Positions 1 through 9,628 of a DNA stretch of 64,000 nt are shown piece after piece (position 1 is the stretch's first letter; every line of letters begins with the position of its first letter). Position numbers and translations under genes: made by a program. This stretch comes from Candidatus Dojkabacteria bacterium (GTDB taxonomy: Bacteria; Patescibacteriota; Dojkabacteria; J137), in assembly GCA_040006935.1 (NCBI GenBank), contig JBDTVZ010000002.1:43904-107903 (forward strand), given 5' to 3'. Below the pieces are notes generated by a model. It worked only from the letters and a program-made list of their open reading frames with translations, searched no databases and had not been told where the DNA came from.

Positions 1-27
1 GGGGTCGCTTCGCTCGCAATGACACTT
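1..27. repeat. Partial copy of the TCGCAATGACA-ending palindromic repeat family
   Basis: gtcgcttcgctcgcaatgacac resembles the gattgcttcgtcgct...tcgcaatgaca motifs at 38656-38692 and 42336-42400. The copy is truncated by the window edge. Confidence 0.4.
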
Positions 28-34
28 AGTATGC

Positions 35-40
35 TATAAT
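35..40 (+). promoter_or_regulatory. TATAAT -10-like hexamer 8 bp upstream of the obg ATG
   Basis: Sequence gctataat at 33-40 lies immediately before the ATG at 48. Only a motif match. Confidence 0.25.
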
Positions 41-47
41 ACACAAT

Positions 48-1007
48 ATGTTTCGAGATTTAATCACAGCAAAATTTGTAGCAGGAAAAGGAGGAGACGG
101 TCACGTCTCTTTTGGTGCGGATAAAAAACCAAGTGGTGGAATTGGAGGAAATGGAGGTAATGTTTACCTCGAAGGCTCAATTAACACTTATGACCTGGGA
201 TTTATTAATAGAGACTCAGTATTTAAAGCGGAGAATGGAGAACCCGGAGGACGAAATAATCTAACAGGGAAAAATGGAGATGATTTAATTATCAAAGTTC
301 CGTTAACTACTAAAGTTTACGATGAAGAACATAATCTTCTTTTCACTATTAGCAAACCTGAACAGAGAGAACTATTGTTAGAAGGTGGACTTGGAGGTTT
401 AGGAAATAGATTTTACAAAAAAGCTCACGGAAGAGATTTATATAGATTTCAAACAGGTAAAATTGGACAAGAAGTTGAACCAACTTTAGAACTAGAACTT
501 TTTAGCCACATTATTTTTATTGGATTGCCGAACGCTGGGAAGTCAACTCTTTTGAATGAATTAACTAATGCCGAAGCGAAGATAGGTGCTTATCCTTTTA
601 CTACTCTACTCCCTCAACAAGGAAGAATGAACGAAATTACTTTAATGGATTTACCTGGTTTAATTGAAGGTACAGCAGAAGGTAAGGGAGTTGGAACTAA
701 ATTTGTAAAACATACAAGATCTGCAAGAATCTTAGCACATTTAATTTCTGCAGAATCTGATGATGTTACAAGAGATTATAAAATCATAAGAGGTGAGATT
801 AAAAACATTGGTGATGGATTAGATGAGAAAAAAGAGTTAATTATTCTGACGAAGGTGGATCAAGTGACTGAGGAAGTAAAGAATGAAAAGATTAGAGAAT
901 TAAAGAAGTTGAATAAGGAAGTATTTGCTGCATCTTCTTATGATAATGATTCATTAGAAAAACTAAAAAAAGTTTTTACAGATGAGCTTAAAGAATTCTC
1001 CGAATAA
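48..1007 (+). CDS. obg: GTPase Obg/CgtA
   Basis: Glycine-rich N-terminal Obg fold (GGDGHVSFGADKKPSGGIGGNGGNVYLEG) and G1 motif GLPNAGKSTLLNELT. Confidence 0.9.
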   Translation: MFRDLITAKFVAGKGGDGHVSFGADKKPSGGIGGNGGNVYLEGSINTYDLGFINRDSVFKAENGEPGGRNNLTGKNGDDLIIKVPLTTKVYDEEHNLLFTISKPEQRELLLEGGLGGLGNRFYKKAHGRDLYRFQTGKIGQEVEPTLELELFSHIIFIGLPNAGKSTLLNELTNAEAKIGAYPFTTLLPQQGRMNEITLMDLPGLIEGTAEGKGVGTKFVKHTRSARILAHLISAESDDVTRDYKIIRGEIKNIGDGLDEKKELIILTKVDQVTEEVKNEKIRELKKLNKEVFAASSYDNDSLEKLKKVFTDELKEFSE

Positions 1008-1263
1008 TCCATTTACAGTATATATTCTTCAATGTTCTGACGGGACTTTTTACACTGGTGTTGCAAAAGATTTAGAAAAAAGGCTTGAAGTGCACAAATC
1101 TGGGAAAGGTTCTAAATACGTTCGAGCTAGGCTCCCTTTCAAACTTATTTACTCAAAGGTTTATGCGAATAAAGTTGGAGCAATGCAAGAAGAATATAGA
1201 ATTAAGCAACTTTCAAAATTAGAAAAATTGGAACTAATAAAAAGATCTGTTATCATCTTTTAG
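982..1263 (+). CDS. GIY-YIG nuclease family protein (UPF0213-like)
   Basis: FTVYILQCSDGTFYTGVAKDLEKRLEVHKSGKGSKYVRARLPFKLIY matches the GIY-YIG core. About 90 aa. Overlaps the obg 3' end by 26 nt. Confidence 0.7.
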   Translation: MSLKNSPNNPFTVYILQCSDGTFYTGVAKDLEKRLEVHKSGKGSKYVRARLPFKLIYSKVYANKVGAMQEEYRIKQLSKLEKLELIKRSVIIF

Positions 1264-1298
1264 AAACTCTTACGATTCTTTTGTAACTCATTTTTCTG

Positions 1299-1326
1299 AA
1301 TAGGCTGTAACACGGCCTGGACAAAT
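1299..1326. repeat. Short hairpin repeat aataggctgtaacacggcctggacaaa
   Basis: Stem ggctg/cagcc. A near-identical copy (aataggctgtaacacagcctgaccaaa) is at 42231-42256. Confidence 0.5.
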
Positions 1327-1380
1327 GCTGAGCTAATGAGTAATGTAAGCTCTTAAATTATTAATTCTTAATTTCTTTTT

Positions 1381-2043
1381 ATGGTTATTCTTAACTTCAA
1401 AACTTACCCGGAATCCACTGGTTCAAACGCATTAAAACTTTTGGATGCAGTTGTAAAATTTTCACAAACTAATCCAGAATTGGCCAGTAAAGTTACTTGC
1501 GCTCCATCTATATTAGATTTAGTTTATGTACGAAAAACTTATAGAACCATTAATATAATGAGTCAATTTGTAGATAATAAAAATCCTGGAAGTTCTACAG
1601 GTTGGACAACTCCAGAAAATCTCTTGGAACAAGAAATTAACTTTTCTTTATATAATCATAGTGAACATAGAGTTTGGAGTGATTCTATTGTTGAAGATAT
1701 TAAAGCAATCCAAGCTAAAGGAATCAAATTAGTAGTTTGTTGCGAAAATGTTGAAGAAGCTAAGAAAGTTCTAGAAGCCGAACCTTTTGGAATTGCATAC
1801 GAACCAAAAGATTTAATTGGAAGTGGAGTTTCTGTAACAACAAGACCAGATGCTGTAAAAGAATTTATTGAAGTAACTAAGGGAAAGACTATGGTATTTA
1901 TTGGAGCTGGAGTTTCTACAGGTGAGGATGTTGTGAAATCTTTGGAATTAGGAGCAGAAGGAGTTCTACTTGCATCTGCATTTGTAAAAGCAGACAATCA
2001 TTTGGCTAAGATTGAGGAATTGGTGAAGCCGTTCAATAGTTAA
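1381..2043 (+). CDS. tpiA: Triosephosphate isomerase (short, archaeal-type, ~220 aa)
   Basis: Length and motifs such as NHSEHR and EPFGIAYEPKDLIGSG. Archaeal-type TIM is common in CPR. Confidence 0.75.
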   Translation: MVILNFKTYPESTGSNALKLLDAVVKFSQTNPELASKVTCAPSILDLVYVRKTYRTINIMSQFVDNKNPGSSTGWTTPENLLEQEINFSLYNHSEHRVWSDSIVEDIKAIQAKGIKLVVCCENVEEAKKVLEAEPFGIAYEPKDLIGSGVSVTTRPDAVKEFIEVTKGKTMVFIGAGVSTGEDVVKSLELGAEGVLLASAFVKADNHLAKIEELVKPFNS

Positions 2044-2076
2044 AAGGTTTAAATGTTGTAAAGTTAAAAAGTTATT

Positions 2077-2444
2077 ATGAAAATAAAATCTTTCGAAGAG
2101 TTGGAGATCTGGAAGATTTCCTCAGAGTTAGCTCTGAGAATATATAAGTATACTAATCAACCAAATTTAGTAGAGATTTTGGTCTTAGAGATCAAATCAG
2201 AAGAGCTGCAGTATCTGTAAGTTCTAACATAGCTGAAGGTTTTGAAAGGAATAATAATAAAGAATTTATAAGATATCTTGTAATAGCCAAAGGTTCTGCT
2301 GGAGAAGTAAGGAGTCAGTTATATATTGCGAGAGAACTAGAATATATTACAGAAGACGAATATAATACAATCAAGAATGAGGTAGTAATTATAAGTTCAA
2401 AAATAAAAGCATTAATTAAATATTTAAAAACATTACAACTTTAA
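2077..2444 (+). pseudogene. Four-helix-bundle protein (TIGR02436 / 23S rRNA intervening-sequence protein family), frameshifted
   Basis: ATG at 2077 gives MKIKSFEELEIWKISSELALRIYKYTNQPNLVEI... and stops at 2218. The remaining family motifs (DFGLRDQIRRAAVSVSSNIAEGFERNNNKEFIRYLVIAKGSAGEVRSQLYIARELEYI...) continue in a different frame and end at 2444. The frame changes near 2165-2180. Confidence 0.6.
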
Positions 2445-2472
2445 AACATTTTAACTTTTTAACATTAGATAT

Positions 2473-3543
2473 ATGGACTACAGTCAAATACAATCTGTTC
2501 TTGGAGACAAGGCAGAGAATTTATTAAACTACAAATCTCCTACTTTTAAAGATCAGCAATTTTATAAACCAAATGGAAATTGGGTTGATGAAGTTATGGC
2601 TTTTTCTGATAGAAGTCCAAAAGTTTTAGAAAATTTAAAAAGACTTTACGGAGCTGGTAGATTAGCAAATTCTGGATACTTATCTATATTCCCAGTTGAT
2701 CAAGGAATTGAACACTCTGCTGGAGCATCTTTTGCAAAAAATCCAATTTATTTTGATCCTGAAAACATTGTTAAATTAGCTGTAGAAGCTCAAAGTAGTG
2801 GCGTTGCATCTACTTTAGGAGCTTTAGGCTTAGTTAGTAAAAAATATGCAGGCAAGATTCCTTTTATTGTTAAATTAAACCACAACGAACTTTTAACTTA
2901 TCCTAATAAATTTGATGAGGTTATGTTTAGTTCTGTTCAACAAGCTTTTGATATGGGAGCGGCAGGAGTTGGAGCAACAATATATTTTGGATCTGAAGAA
3001 TCTACAAGACAAATTCAAGAAGTTAGCCAAGCTTTTGCAAAAGCTCACGAACTTGGAATGTTCACAATTCTTTGGTGCTACACAAGAAATAGTGCATTTA
3101 AAAAGGATGTGATTGATTACCACACATCTGCAGACTTAACAGGACAAGCAAATCATTTAGGAGTAACAATTGAAGCAGATATTATTAAGCAAAAACTTCC
3201 AACTGTAAATGGTGGATTTAAAGCATTAAATTCTGGAAATTCTAGTTACGGAAAACTTGACGACAGAATGTATAGTGAGCTTTCTACTGATCATCCAATT
3301 GATTTAGCAAAATACCAAGTTGCAAATTGCTACATGGGAAAAATTCCATTAATTAATTCTGGAGGAGCTAGTGGGGATAATGATTTACAAGAAGCAATTG
3401 AAACGGCTGTTATTAATAAAAGAGCTGGTGGAAGTGGATTAATTTTAGGAAGAAAAGCTTTCCAAAAACCATTTGATGAGGGAGTTAAACTATTGAACGC
3501 TGTTCAGGATGTGTATTTATGTAAGGAAGTAGATTTAGCGTGA
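2473..3543 (+). CDS. fbaB: Class I fructose-bisphosphate aldolase (FbaB type)
   Basis: Near-collinear similarity to E. coli FbaB: [68 protein letters not shown]. Confidence 0.9.
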   Translation: MDYSQIQSVLGDKAENLLNYKSPTFKDQQFYKPNGNWVDEVMAFSDRSPKVLENLKRLYGAGRLANSGYLSIFPVDQGIEHSAGASFAKNPIYFDPENIVKLAVEAQSSGVASTLGALGLVSKKYAGKIPFIVKLNHNELLTYPNKFDEVMFSSVQQAFDMGAAGVGATIYFGSEESTRQIQEVSQAFAKAHELGMFTILWCYTRNSAFKKDVIDYHTSADLTGQANHLGVTIEADIIKQKLPTVNGGFKALNSGNSSYGKLDDRMYSELSTDHPIDLAKYQVANCYMGKIPLINSGGASGDNDLQEAIETAVINKRAGGSGLILGRKAFQKPFDEGVKLLNAVQDVYLCKEVDLA

Positions 3544-4061
3544 GTGAAGAAATAGCAAATTCTGAGTTAACAAATCCCGACGCATTTTTGAATAATAACC
3601 CACCCTTCCCTCCCTTAACAGGGAGGCCTACGGGAATATCGAATAGCCCCCTTGTTAAAGGGGGGCAGGGGGGATTTGTTAAGCCTGAGTATTTTGATAA
3701 ACCAGACTATATTCCATACAGTAAAAGATTGAAACCATTTTCGAGGGCCAACAGAAAATCCATGACACAAGCGGAAAAGAAGATTTGGTACGAAGTTTTA
3801 AGAGATAAAAAATTAGGATATAGATTTGTAAGGCAAAAGCCTATAGGAAAATATATTTTAGATTTCTATAGTTCTAAGTTACAATTGTGTATTGAGATTG
3901 ATGGAAGTACACATATAGGTAAAGAAATTGAGGATAGAGTAAGGGATGAATTTTTGCGAACATTAGGAATTACGACATTGAGATTTTGGAATTCAGAAAT
4001 AAAGAATGATTTAGAAAATATTAAAGAAAGGATTATAAGTTATATTAGTAAGAAATTTTAA
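3540..4061 (+). CDS. DUF559 endonuclease-domain protein; N-terminal ~50 codons are encoded by a palindromic repeat element
   Basis: The C-terminal core [48 protein letters not shown] is typical of DUF559 (Vsr-like fold). The GTG start and N-terminal extension are uncertain. Confidence 0.6.
   Translation: MSEEIANSELTNPDAFLNNNPPFPPLTGRPTGISNSPLVKGGQGGFVKPEYFDKPDYIPYSKRLKPFSRANRKSMTQAEKKIWYEVLRDKKLGYRFVRQKPIGKYILDFYSSKLQLCIEIDGSTHIGKEIEDRVRDEFLRTLGITTLRFWNSEIKNDLENIKERIISYISKKF
3601..3688. repeat. Palindromic element (ccctccc-ttaaca-gggagg hairpin plus ccccc-ttgttaaa-gggggg hairpin) encoding ...PPLTGRP...[11 protein letters not shown]
   Basis: Two G/C hairpins seen directly. A related shorter copy is inserted in rarA at 55210-55262 (caccc...gggggNaggggggaNttg). 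Confidence 0.6.
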
Positions 4062-4126
4062 TTTAATTTTTAATAGTTGTTTATGTTAAATCCGTCAGGT
4101 CATGGTCTAATTATTAGAGCCTAAAA

Positions 4127-5290
4127 TTGCAATTGAATAAATTTTTTCAAATTATAAAAAGAAATAAATTTCGATTTGGAATTCTATCTATTGTTTTTGC
4201 TTTAACATTCTTTGTAATTTCCCTTTTTGGTTTCTGGTTTATTAATCAAAAAAATTTACCTGATCAGATTTCCGAAGATATACCTAGCGTGGGATTAATA
4301 GACACTATTGTGCGACAGGTTTTTATCAATTCTACTCTACCGATTTCTTTTCCTACTGGATCAACTTTTAGTTCTGACAATAATTTGCCTAAATTTATTA
4401 CGCAGGGTGAGGGGAATTTAGTTGTCAGTCCTCAGAAAGGTGATAATGGTGAGTACTTTATAAAGTTTGATTCACCTACAATATCTACTGTTTATTCAAT
4501 TAAAGTTTTAAATGCACCTACAGATTTGAATGAGTTGAAACAAAAATTAATGGACTACCTTGGAACAGATATAAATAAATATGGTATTTACATTAAAGAT
4601 ATTGATAGAAATACAAGCATGAATATTAATGGAGATATTGTGCTTCCACCAGCAAGTATGGCAAAAATGACAATGGCAATGTTAGTGATGAGGGATGTTG
4701 ATGCTGGGGAATATACTCTGGATGACACCTACCCCATTCAAGATAGTGTGAAGTTTTCTACAGAGGATGACCTTGGAGTACTGCCAGATGGGACAGAAGT
4801 TCCTTTGTCTACATACTTGGAGAAGTTACTTGAAGATAGTAATAATACTGCTTGGTACCATTTGGATAAATTCTTAGGTGGTTCCTACGAGAGTGTTAAT
4901 CCAAGAACTGTGAATGAATTGGGAGTTAATCCATTATTCTTAAACCCCCATGAAGGAACTGCAAATATGCTTGGAAAGTTATTTGATGATCTTTACAACG
5001 CAAGAACAGTTTCTGCTAAATCCAGAGATTATTTAATAAATCTACTTGAGAATGCGCAATCATGGAATAGAGAAGGTATTGGTTTAGGACTTCCCGCGGA
5101 TGTACAATTTGCAAATAAAATTGGGAATTTATGGACAGAAAATGATATAAATTTTTGCGATTCTGCCATAGTATATGGTAAAAATACCGATTACATTATA
5201 ATCATAATGGATAAAGACATAGATTGGGATACTGGGAAAGAAAATCTTAAAAATTTGTCTCAAATTGTTTACAGTTACTTAGATAAATAA
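4127..5290 (+). CDS. Membrane-anchored serine hydrolase, beta-lactamase/transpeptidase-like fold
   Basis: N-terminal TM helix. SxxK motif in PASMAKMTMAMLV. Length ~390 aa. Confidence 0.45.
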   Translation: MQLNKFFQIIKRNKFRFGILSIVFALTFFVISLFGFWFINQKNLPDQISEDIPSVGLIDTIVRQVFINSTLPISFPTGSTFSSDNNLPKFITQGEGNLVVSPQKGDNGEYFIKFDSPTISTVYSIKVLNAPTDLNELKQKLMDYLGTDINKYGIYIKDIDRNTSMNINGDIVLPPASMAKMTMAMLVMRDVDAGEYTLDDTYPIQDSVKFSTEDDLGVLPDGTEVPLSTYLEKLLEDSNNTAWYHLDKFLGGSYESVNPRTVNELGVNPLFLNPHEGTANMLGKLFDDLYNARTVSAKSRDYLINLLENAQSWNREGIGLGLPADVQFANKIGNLWTENDINFCDSAIVYGKNTDYIIIIMDKDIDWDTGKENLKNLSQIVYSYLDK

Positions 5291-5315
5291 ATTATAAATA
5301 TTTAATTATAAAATT

Positions 5316-6749
5316 ATGGAATACAAAGTTACTGTTATAGGATCCGGACCCGGTGGTTACACAGCAGCAATTAGGCTTGCACAATTAGGTGCAAAGGTTG
5401 CAATTGTAGAAAGAGATTTAGTTGGTGGAATTTGCACAAACTGGGGTTGTACTCCAAGCAAAGCAATGATTACTTCTGCTAAATATGCAAAATATGCGAA
5501 AGAATCAATTAAATATGGAGTGGAGATTGGCGATGCAAAAATTAATTTTCAAACAGTTGCAGAAAGAAGAGATGCTGTAATGGTTAGAACCAGAGAAGAA
5601 GTAAGGTATTTATTAGATCATTGGAATGTTGAAATTATTCAAGGAAGTGGAGAAGTTATTGATAATAATCATGTAAAAGTTTCTCCTTACGATAATCCTT
5701 ACAAAGACTTAGTACAAGCTAATGGAGAAAGTCCGTATAAAGATCATGTAACTGTTACAGAAGAAATTATTTTAGAAACTGAGAATATAATTCTTGCGAC
5801 AGGATCTGAACCACTTGTACCTTCCTTTTTACAAAAAGAAGATTCGAGCATTGTAAATAGTAATGAATTAATTTGGATTAAAGATTTACCAAAAGAATTA
5901 ACTATTGTTGGTGGTGGAATTATTGGATTAGAATTTTCTGCTCTATTCTCTCACTTTGGGACAAAAGTTAGAGTTATCGAATTTATGGACAGATGTGTTT
6001 CCATGATGGATCCAGAGATTTCCACAGAAATTGAAAACGATTTAAGAGAACAGGAAATTGAAATCTTAACCGGACACAAGGTTTTAGATATTACTAGTGG
6101 CAAAGTTACGGTTGAAGTAATAGCTACTGGAGAAAAAAAAGAAATAATTTCTGAAATGAATTTAGTAGCAATTGGAAGAAAAGCAATTATTAATAATCCA
6201 ATGTTAGAAAAATTAGGAATCGCTTTCACACCAAAAGGAATTAGTGTCGATAATTTTATGAAAACGAATGTTTCTAATATTTATGCAATTGGAGATGCTA
6301 CAGGTTTGAGTATTCTTGCTCACGTTGCAATTCAACAAGGAATAATTGCCGCAGAAAACATTATGGGCAAGACTCGTGAGATGAATTATGATGTAATTCC
6401 AGCAGTAGTTTACACACTTCCCGAGGTGGCAACAGTTGGGACCGTTCCTGCAGATCTAAGTGGAATTAAAGTTGTTAAATTTCCATTCTCTGCAAACTTA
6501 AGAGCAAATATTGAAGAACATAATACAGGATTTGCTAAACTATGGATAAACGAAAAAGACCTGACTTTAATAGCAGCACAAATGATTGGACATATGGCTG
6601 GAGAGATTATTCAAGCTTATGGCAATATAGTTCAAAATAAAATAAATATCGAAGCTATTGCAAATACAATTCATGCACATCCTACTTACAATGAGATTGT
6701 AAGGAATTCTTTTGAATATGCTTTGGGAAGAGCTATTGAGTTTATTTAA
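5316..6749 (+). CDS. lpd: Dihydrolipoyl dehydrogenase family pyridine-nucleotide disulfide oxidoreductase
   Basis: FAD-binding GSGPGGYTAAIRLAQLG, redox disulfide GGICTNWGCTPSKAM, C-terminal dimerisation HAHPTYNE. Confidence 0.7.
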   Translation: MEYKVTVIGSGPGGYTAAIRLAQLGAKVAIVERDLVGGICTNWGCTPSKAMITSAKYAKYAKESIKYGVEIGDAKINFQTVAERRDAVMVRTREEVRYLLDHWNVEIIQGSGEVIDNNHVKVSPYDNPYKDLVQANGESPYKDHVTVTEEIILETENIILATGSEPLVPSFLQKEDSSIVNSNELIWIKDLPKELTIVGGGIIGLEFSALFSHFGTKVRVIEFMDRCVSMMDPEISTEIENDLREQEIEILTGHKVLDITSGKVTVEVIATGEKKEIISEMNLVAIGRKAIINNPMLEKLGIAFTPKGISVDNFMKTNVSNIYAIGDATGLSILAHVAIQQGIIAAENIMGKTREMNYDVIPAVVYTLPEVATVGTVPADLSGIKVVKFPFSANLRANIEEHNTGFAKLWINEKDLTLIAAQMIGHMAGEIIQAYGNIVQNKINIEAIANTIHAHPTYNEIVRNSFEYALGRAIEFI

Positions 6750-6822
6750 ATGTTAAGGGTTAGAAAGTTTCAATGTTAAAAGGTTGATAACATTCTAACC
6801 TTAAAACTTTAGAACTTTTCAA

Positions 6823-7818
6823 CTACACTTCAACGTAGTTTTTTTTCTCAGGAGATCTTAGAAGTTTAATCAGGAGCAAGATTACGATTATCATTACTCC
6901 TATAATTCCTATAATTGCAACTTTATATCTATCATCTTCTGTTAAATTTTCTAACCTACCTAAACCTATTCTTGCCAATAATGTGTCTGACACTACTTCG
7001 ACAGTTGTTCCATCTACAACATTTAATTCCTGGGTATTTTGATTAATTGCTGTAAGGCTATTTTCAATCATAGATTTATTCGCATCTGCTCTCACAACTA
7101 CAGCAACATTCCCAAATGCACAAGGCGAATCGGATGTATCTCCATTTTGTTTTAAAATAGAAGTTATTAGACCTACTACTTTATTAGTACCATCGAAGAA
7201 GACAGGACTTCCGCTATCTCCAAAACAAATTCCAGAGTTATTCCCTTGGACTAAGAAAGTATCTTGGGTTATGCTGCTTGCACATAAAGAAGTGCTTTTT
7301 CTTGGAGGATTACCAGCTTCAGTTTCGTTTTCTGTTCTCCCATATGCTACAACTCTATATTTACAACCTTCAATTACCGAAGCTACTTCTGCAAAGCTTG
7401 AAAAGAATCCTTTAGTATCTGAGAAATTCAAAACAGAAAAATCACTGGATCGATTTTTTGTTTCTACCCAACCCGATTTTTGAATTGCCTTATCTACTTT
7501 CAATAAATCATTCGTATCTTGTGTAAATGTTCCTCTTCCTAAGTAAATATTCTGTGCGTCGTCTACGCAATGCGAGGCAGTAATGGCAACTCTTCCATTT
7601 AATGCAGAATAACCACAAAGTTTTAATGAACCTGTAGTAGTTTCATTAATTAAAAATCCTGCGGATGGATAACCAGTTTCTAATCGACCACCGTAAAGTG
7701 CCTCCGCGTCCGATGGACTTTGATTTCTCTGAATAACATATGTAGCAAGTATAGTTGCTAGAATAAATGTTATTAATAGAAAAATAAGTACTATTCTTTT
7801 AGGCGTGTTTCCTTCCAT
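6823..7818 (-). CDS. Membrane-anchored trypsin-like (S1) serine protease
   Basis: ITASHCV (His), GDSGSPVF (Ser), N-terminal and C-terminal TM segments. Confidence 0.7.
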   Translation of the reverse strand: MEGNTPKRIVLIFLLITFILATILATYVIQRNQSPSDAEALYGGRLETGYPSAGFLINETTTGSLKLCGYSALNGRVAITASHCVDDAQNIYLGRGTFTQDTNDLLKVDKAIQKSGWVETKNRSSDFSVLNFSDTKGFFSSFAEVASVIEGCKYRVVAYGRTENETEAGNPPRKSTSLCASSITQDTFLVQGNNSGICFGDSGSPVFFDGTNKVVGLITSILKQNGDTSDSPCAFGNVAVVVRADANKSMIENSLTAINQNTQELNVVDGTTVEVVSDTLLARIGLGRLENLTEDDRYKVAIIGIIGVMIIVILLLIKLLRSPEKKNYVEV

Positions 7819-7938
7819 ATAGTTATGTAAACTACTCTATTGTATAGGATTTTTAGCAAGTTTAAAACAAGGAATTTAATTTTCTATTTGTTCATCAACC
7901 GACAAGACTATCTGAGCACTCTTCAAACATTTTAGAAT

Positions 7939-8484
7939 TTATGCTTCTGTTAAAACTGGGAATTCCCTTGTTAAAAAATCTGCAAATGCAAACATATCTA
8001 TAGGTTTTCGAAGTATATTTTCACTTTTTATATTTGTATATTGAGGATCTAAATCATTATATTGTGATGACCATAGTTGGACAATGATGTTGTCCCTTGG
8101 ATTTTGCAATATGATGTTAGCTATCTTATCTCCTTTTATAGTTCTAGTAAAGCAATCGAGGTTTCTATCGAGCATTAATAATACTTTAGTATCATCAGGA
8201 ATACTTCGTACCCATTCTTCAATTAAATCTCCTAAGTATGCTTCGTATTTCTGAACCTGAGCATGGGTTAGAATAATTTTTGCTACATATGGTATTTTAA
8301 AACTGACTGCAAGATCTATAATATTGCTAGTCTCATCGTCTAATACAAATACTACTTGTTTTTTCCCACCAATCATTGCCTCCATCTCCTTAAGAAAATC
8401 AATTTTCAAACTTTCGTAATCAATAGGTACTTCTGGCATAAGTAAGTATAAAAAAAATATTTTAAAGAACTTTAATAGCTTCAC
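7939..8484 (-). CDS. Hypothetical protein (weak receiver-domain-like pattern)
   Basis: ORF with KQVVFVLDDET...VLLMLDRNL pattern. No firm homology. Overlaps the dus start by 23 nt. Confidence 0.3.
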   Translation of the reverse strand: MKLLKFFKIFFLYLLMPEVPIDYESLKIDFLKEMEAMIGGKKQVVFVLDDETSNIIDLAVSFKIPYVAKIILTHAQVQKYEAYLGDLIEEWVRSIPDDTKVLLMLDRNLDCFTRTIKGDKIANIILQNPRDNIIVQLWSSQYNDLDPQYTNIKSENILRKPIDMFAFADFLTREFPVLTEA

Positions 8485-9562
8485 TCAATATCTGTCTCAC
8501 TTCCTCAATTGTCTTTGTTTGCATTAGTTTTGATCTTAATCCAACAGCATTATCGAAATTTGTACAGTACCATCCAAAATGTTTTCTCATCATTACAAAT
8601 GCTCGGGGATCTGGAAATATTTGTATGAACTTTTCTGCATGCTCTAATAGCGTGGCGATTCTATCTTCCTTAGTTTTCATGACCTTACCCTCACCTCTAA
8701 GTTCATTAAATATCCATGGATTTCCATAAGTTGCTCTACCAACCAAGACTCCGTACGCACCTGTTAATTCTAGAATTTTTTCAACATCATCTCTGGATTT
8801 AATATCACCATTAGCAAGAACAGGTTTGGATGTAGACTCAACAGCAATTTTTATTTCATTCCAATCTGCAGCGCCACCATAAAGTTGTTTTAGAGTTCTT
8901 CCATGAACAGTAATCCAATCTGGATTCGCTTTATCAATATTTCCAATCCATTGTTTAGTGACTGGAACATCGTAACCAATTCGTGTTTTTACTGAAACTG
9001 GAATGAGTTCCCGAAACACCTCCCGGTTCTCCGAACCACCCTCCTCAAGGAGGGACTTTCTTTCTCTATTGATCTGACTCTGATTTTTTACGGCATTGTA
9101 ACTTCTTTCTTTTAATCCCGTTAATTCTCCATTCTCTACCCAATGTTTTACTCCTTCTCTAACTGCTGCAATGATTTCCCTTGCTAAATCTGGAGTTCGG
9201 ATTAAACCCGCACCAGATCCGCTATTTGCAACAGTTTTTGCAGGGCATCCCATATTAATATCAACTCCTGTAAAACCAAGTTCGCAAATTATTTTTGCTG
9301 CATGGTAAAAATAATCTGGTTCTTTCCCGAAAATCTGGCCAAAAACAGGCCTTTCACTTTCATCATAAATAAAATGATGTAGAACATTATCTCCAGCCAT
9401 GCACATTCCCATTACATGAGTAAATTCAGTAAAAGTTACATCAGGATTTCCGTATTTTTTTGTAATATATCTAAAAGGCGCATCAGTAATCCCATCCATT
9501 GGGGATAGTCCTATTACTGGTGCTTTTAGATCCTGTATTCTAAACATCTTAATTAATAACAA
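8462..9562 (-). CDS. dus: tRNA-dihydrouridine synthase (DusB-like), carrying an in-frame palindromic insertion
   Basis: GLSPMDGITDAPFR, FGQIFG, GFTGVDINMGCPAK motifs. Insertion peptide KSLLEEGGSENREVF. Confidence 0.85.
   Translation of the reverse strand: MLLIKMFRIQDLKAPVIGLSPMDGITDAPFRYITKKYGNPDVTFTEFTHVMGMCMAGDNVLHHFIYDESERPVFGQIFGKEPDYFYHAAKIICELGFTGVDINMGCPAKTVANSGSGAGLIRTPDLAREIIAAVREGVKHWVENGELTGLKERSYNAVKNQSQINRERKSLLEEGGSENREVFRELIPVSVKTRIGYDVPVTKQWIGNIDKANPDWITVHGRTLKQLYGGAADWNEIKIAVESTSKPVLANGDIKSRDDVEKILELTGAYGVLVGRATYGNPWIFNELRGEGKVMKTKEDRIATLLEHAEKFIQIFPDPRAFVMMRKHFGWYCTNFDNAVGLRSKLMQTKTIEEVRQILSEAIKVL
9015..9057. repeat. Family-A palindromic element inside dus (aacacctcccggttctccgaaccaccctcctcaaggagggact)
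   Basis: Hairpin ccctcc-tcaa-ggaggg. The same element, with an extra nested hairpin, occurs in mnmA at 9723-9787. Confidence 0.7.
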
Positions 9563-9628
9563 ATTTCAAATAACCAATACTCAATTCCCAAACAATTTGA
9601 AAATTTGAATTTGATTATTTGATATTGA

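Noticed and set aside
1656-1997. Antisense ORFs inside tpiA, fbaB, lpd, the protease, mnmA, pgi, gap, the large surface protein and others (for example 1656-1997, 2893-3123, 5951-6229, 7271-7483, 10401-10794, 16313-16582, 18829-19216, 28727-29361, 57091-57510, 59190-59489)
   Set aside because: They are embedded in genes with strong homology support on the opposite strand or frame and have low-complexity translations.
2077-2444. rRNA operon nearby, implied by the IVS-type four-helix-bundle gene
   Set aside because: No rRNA-like sequence is seen in or around this locus. The gene appears free-standing.
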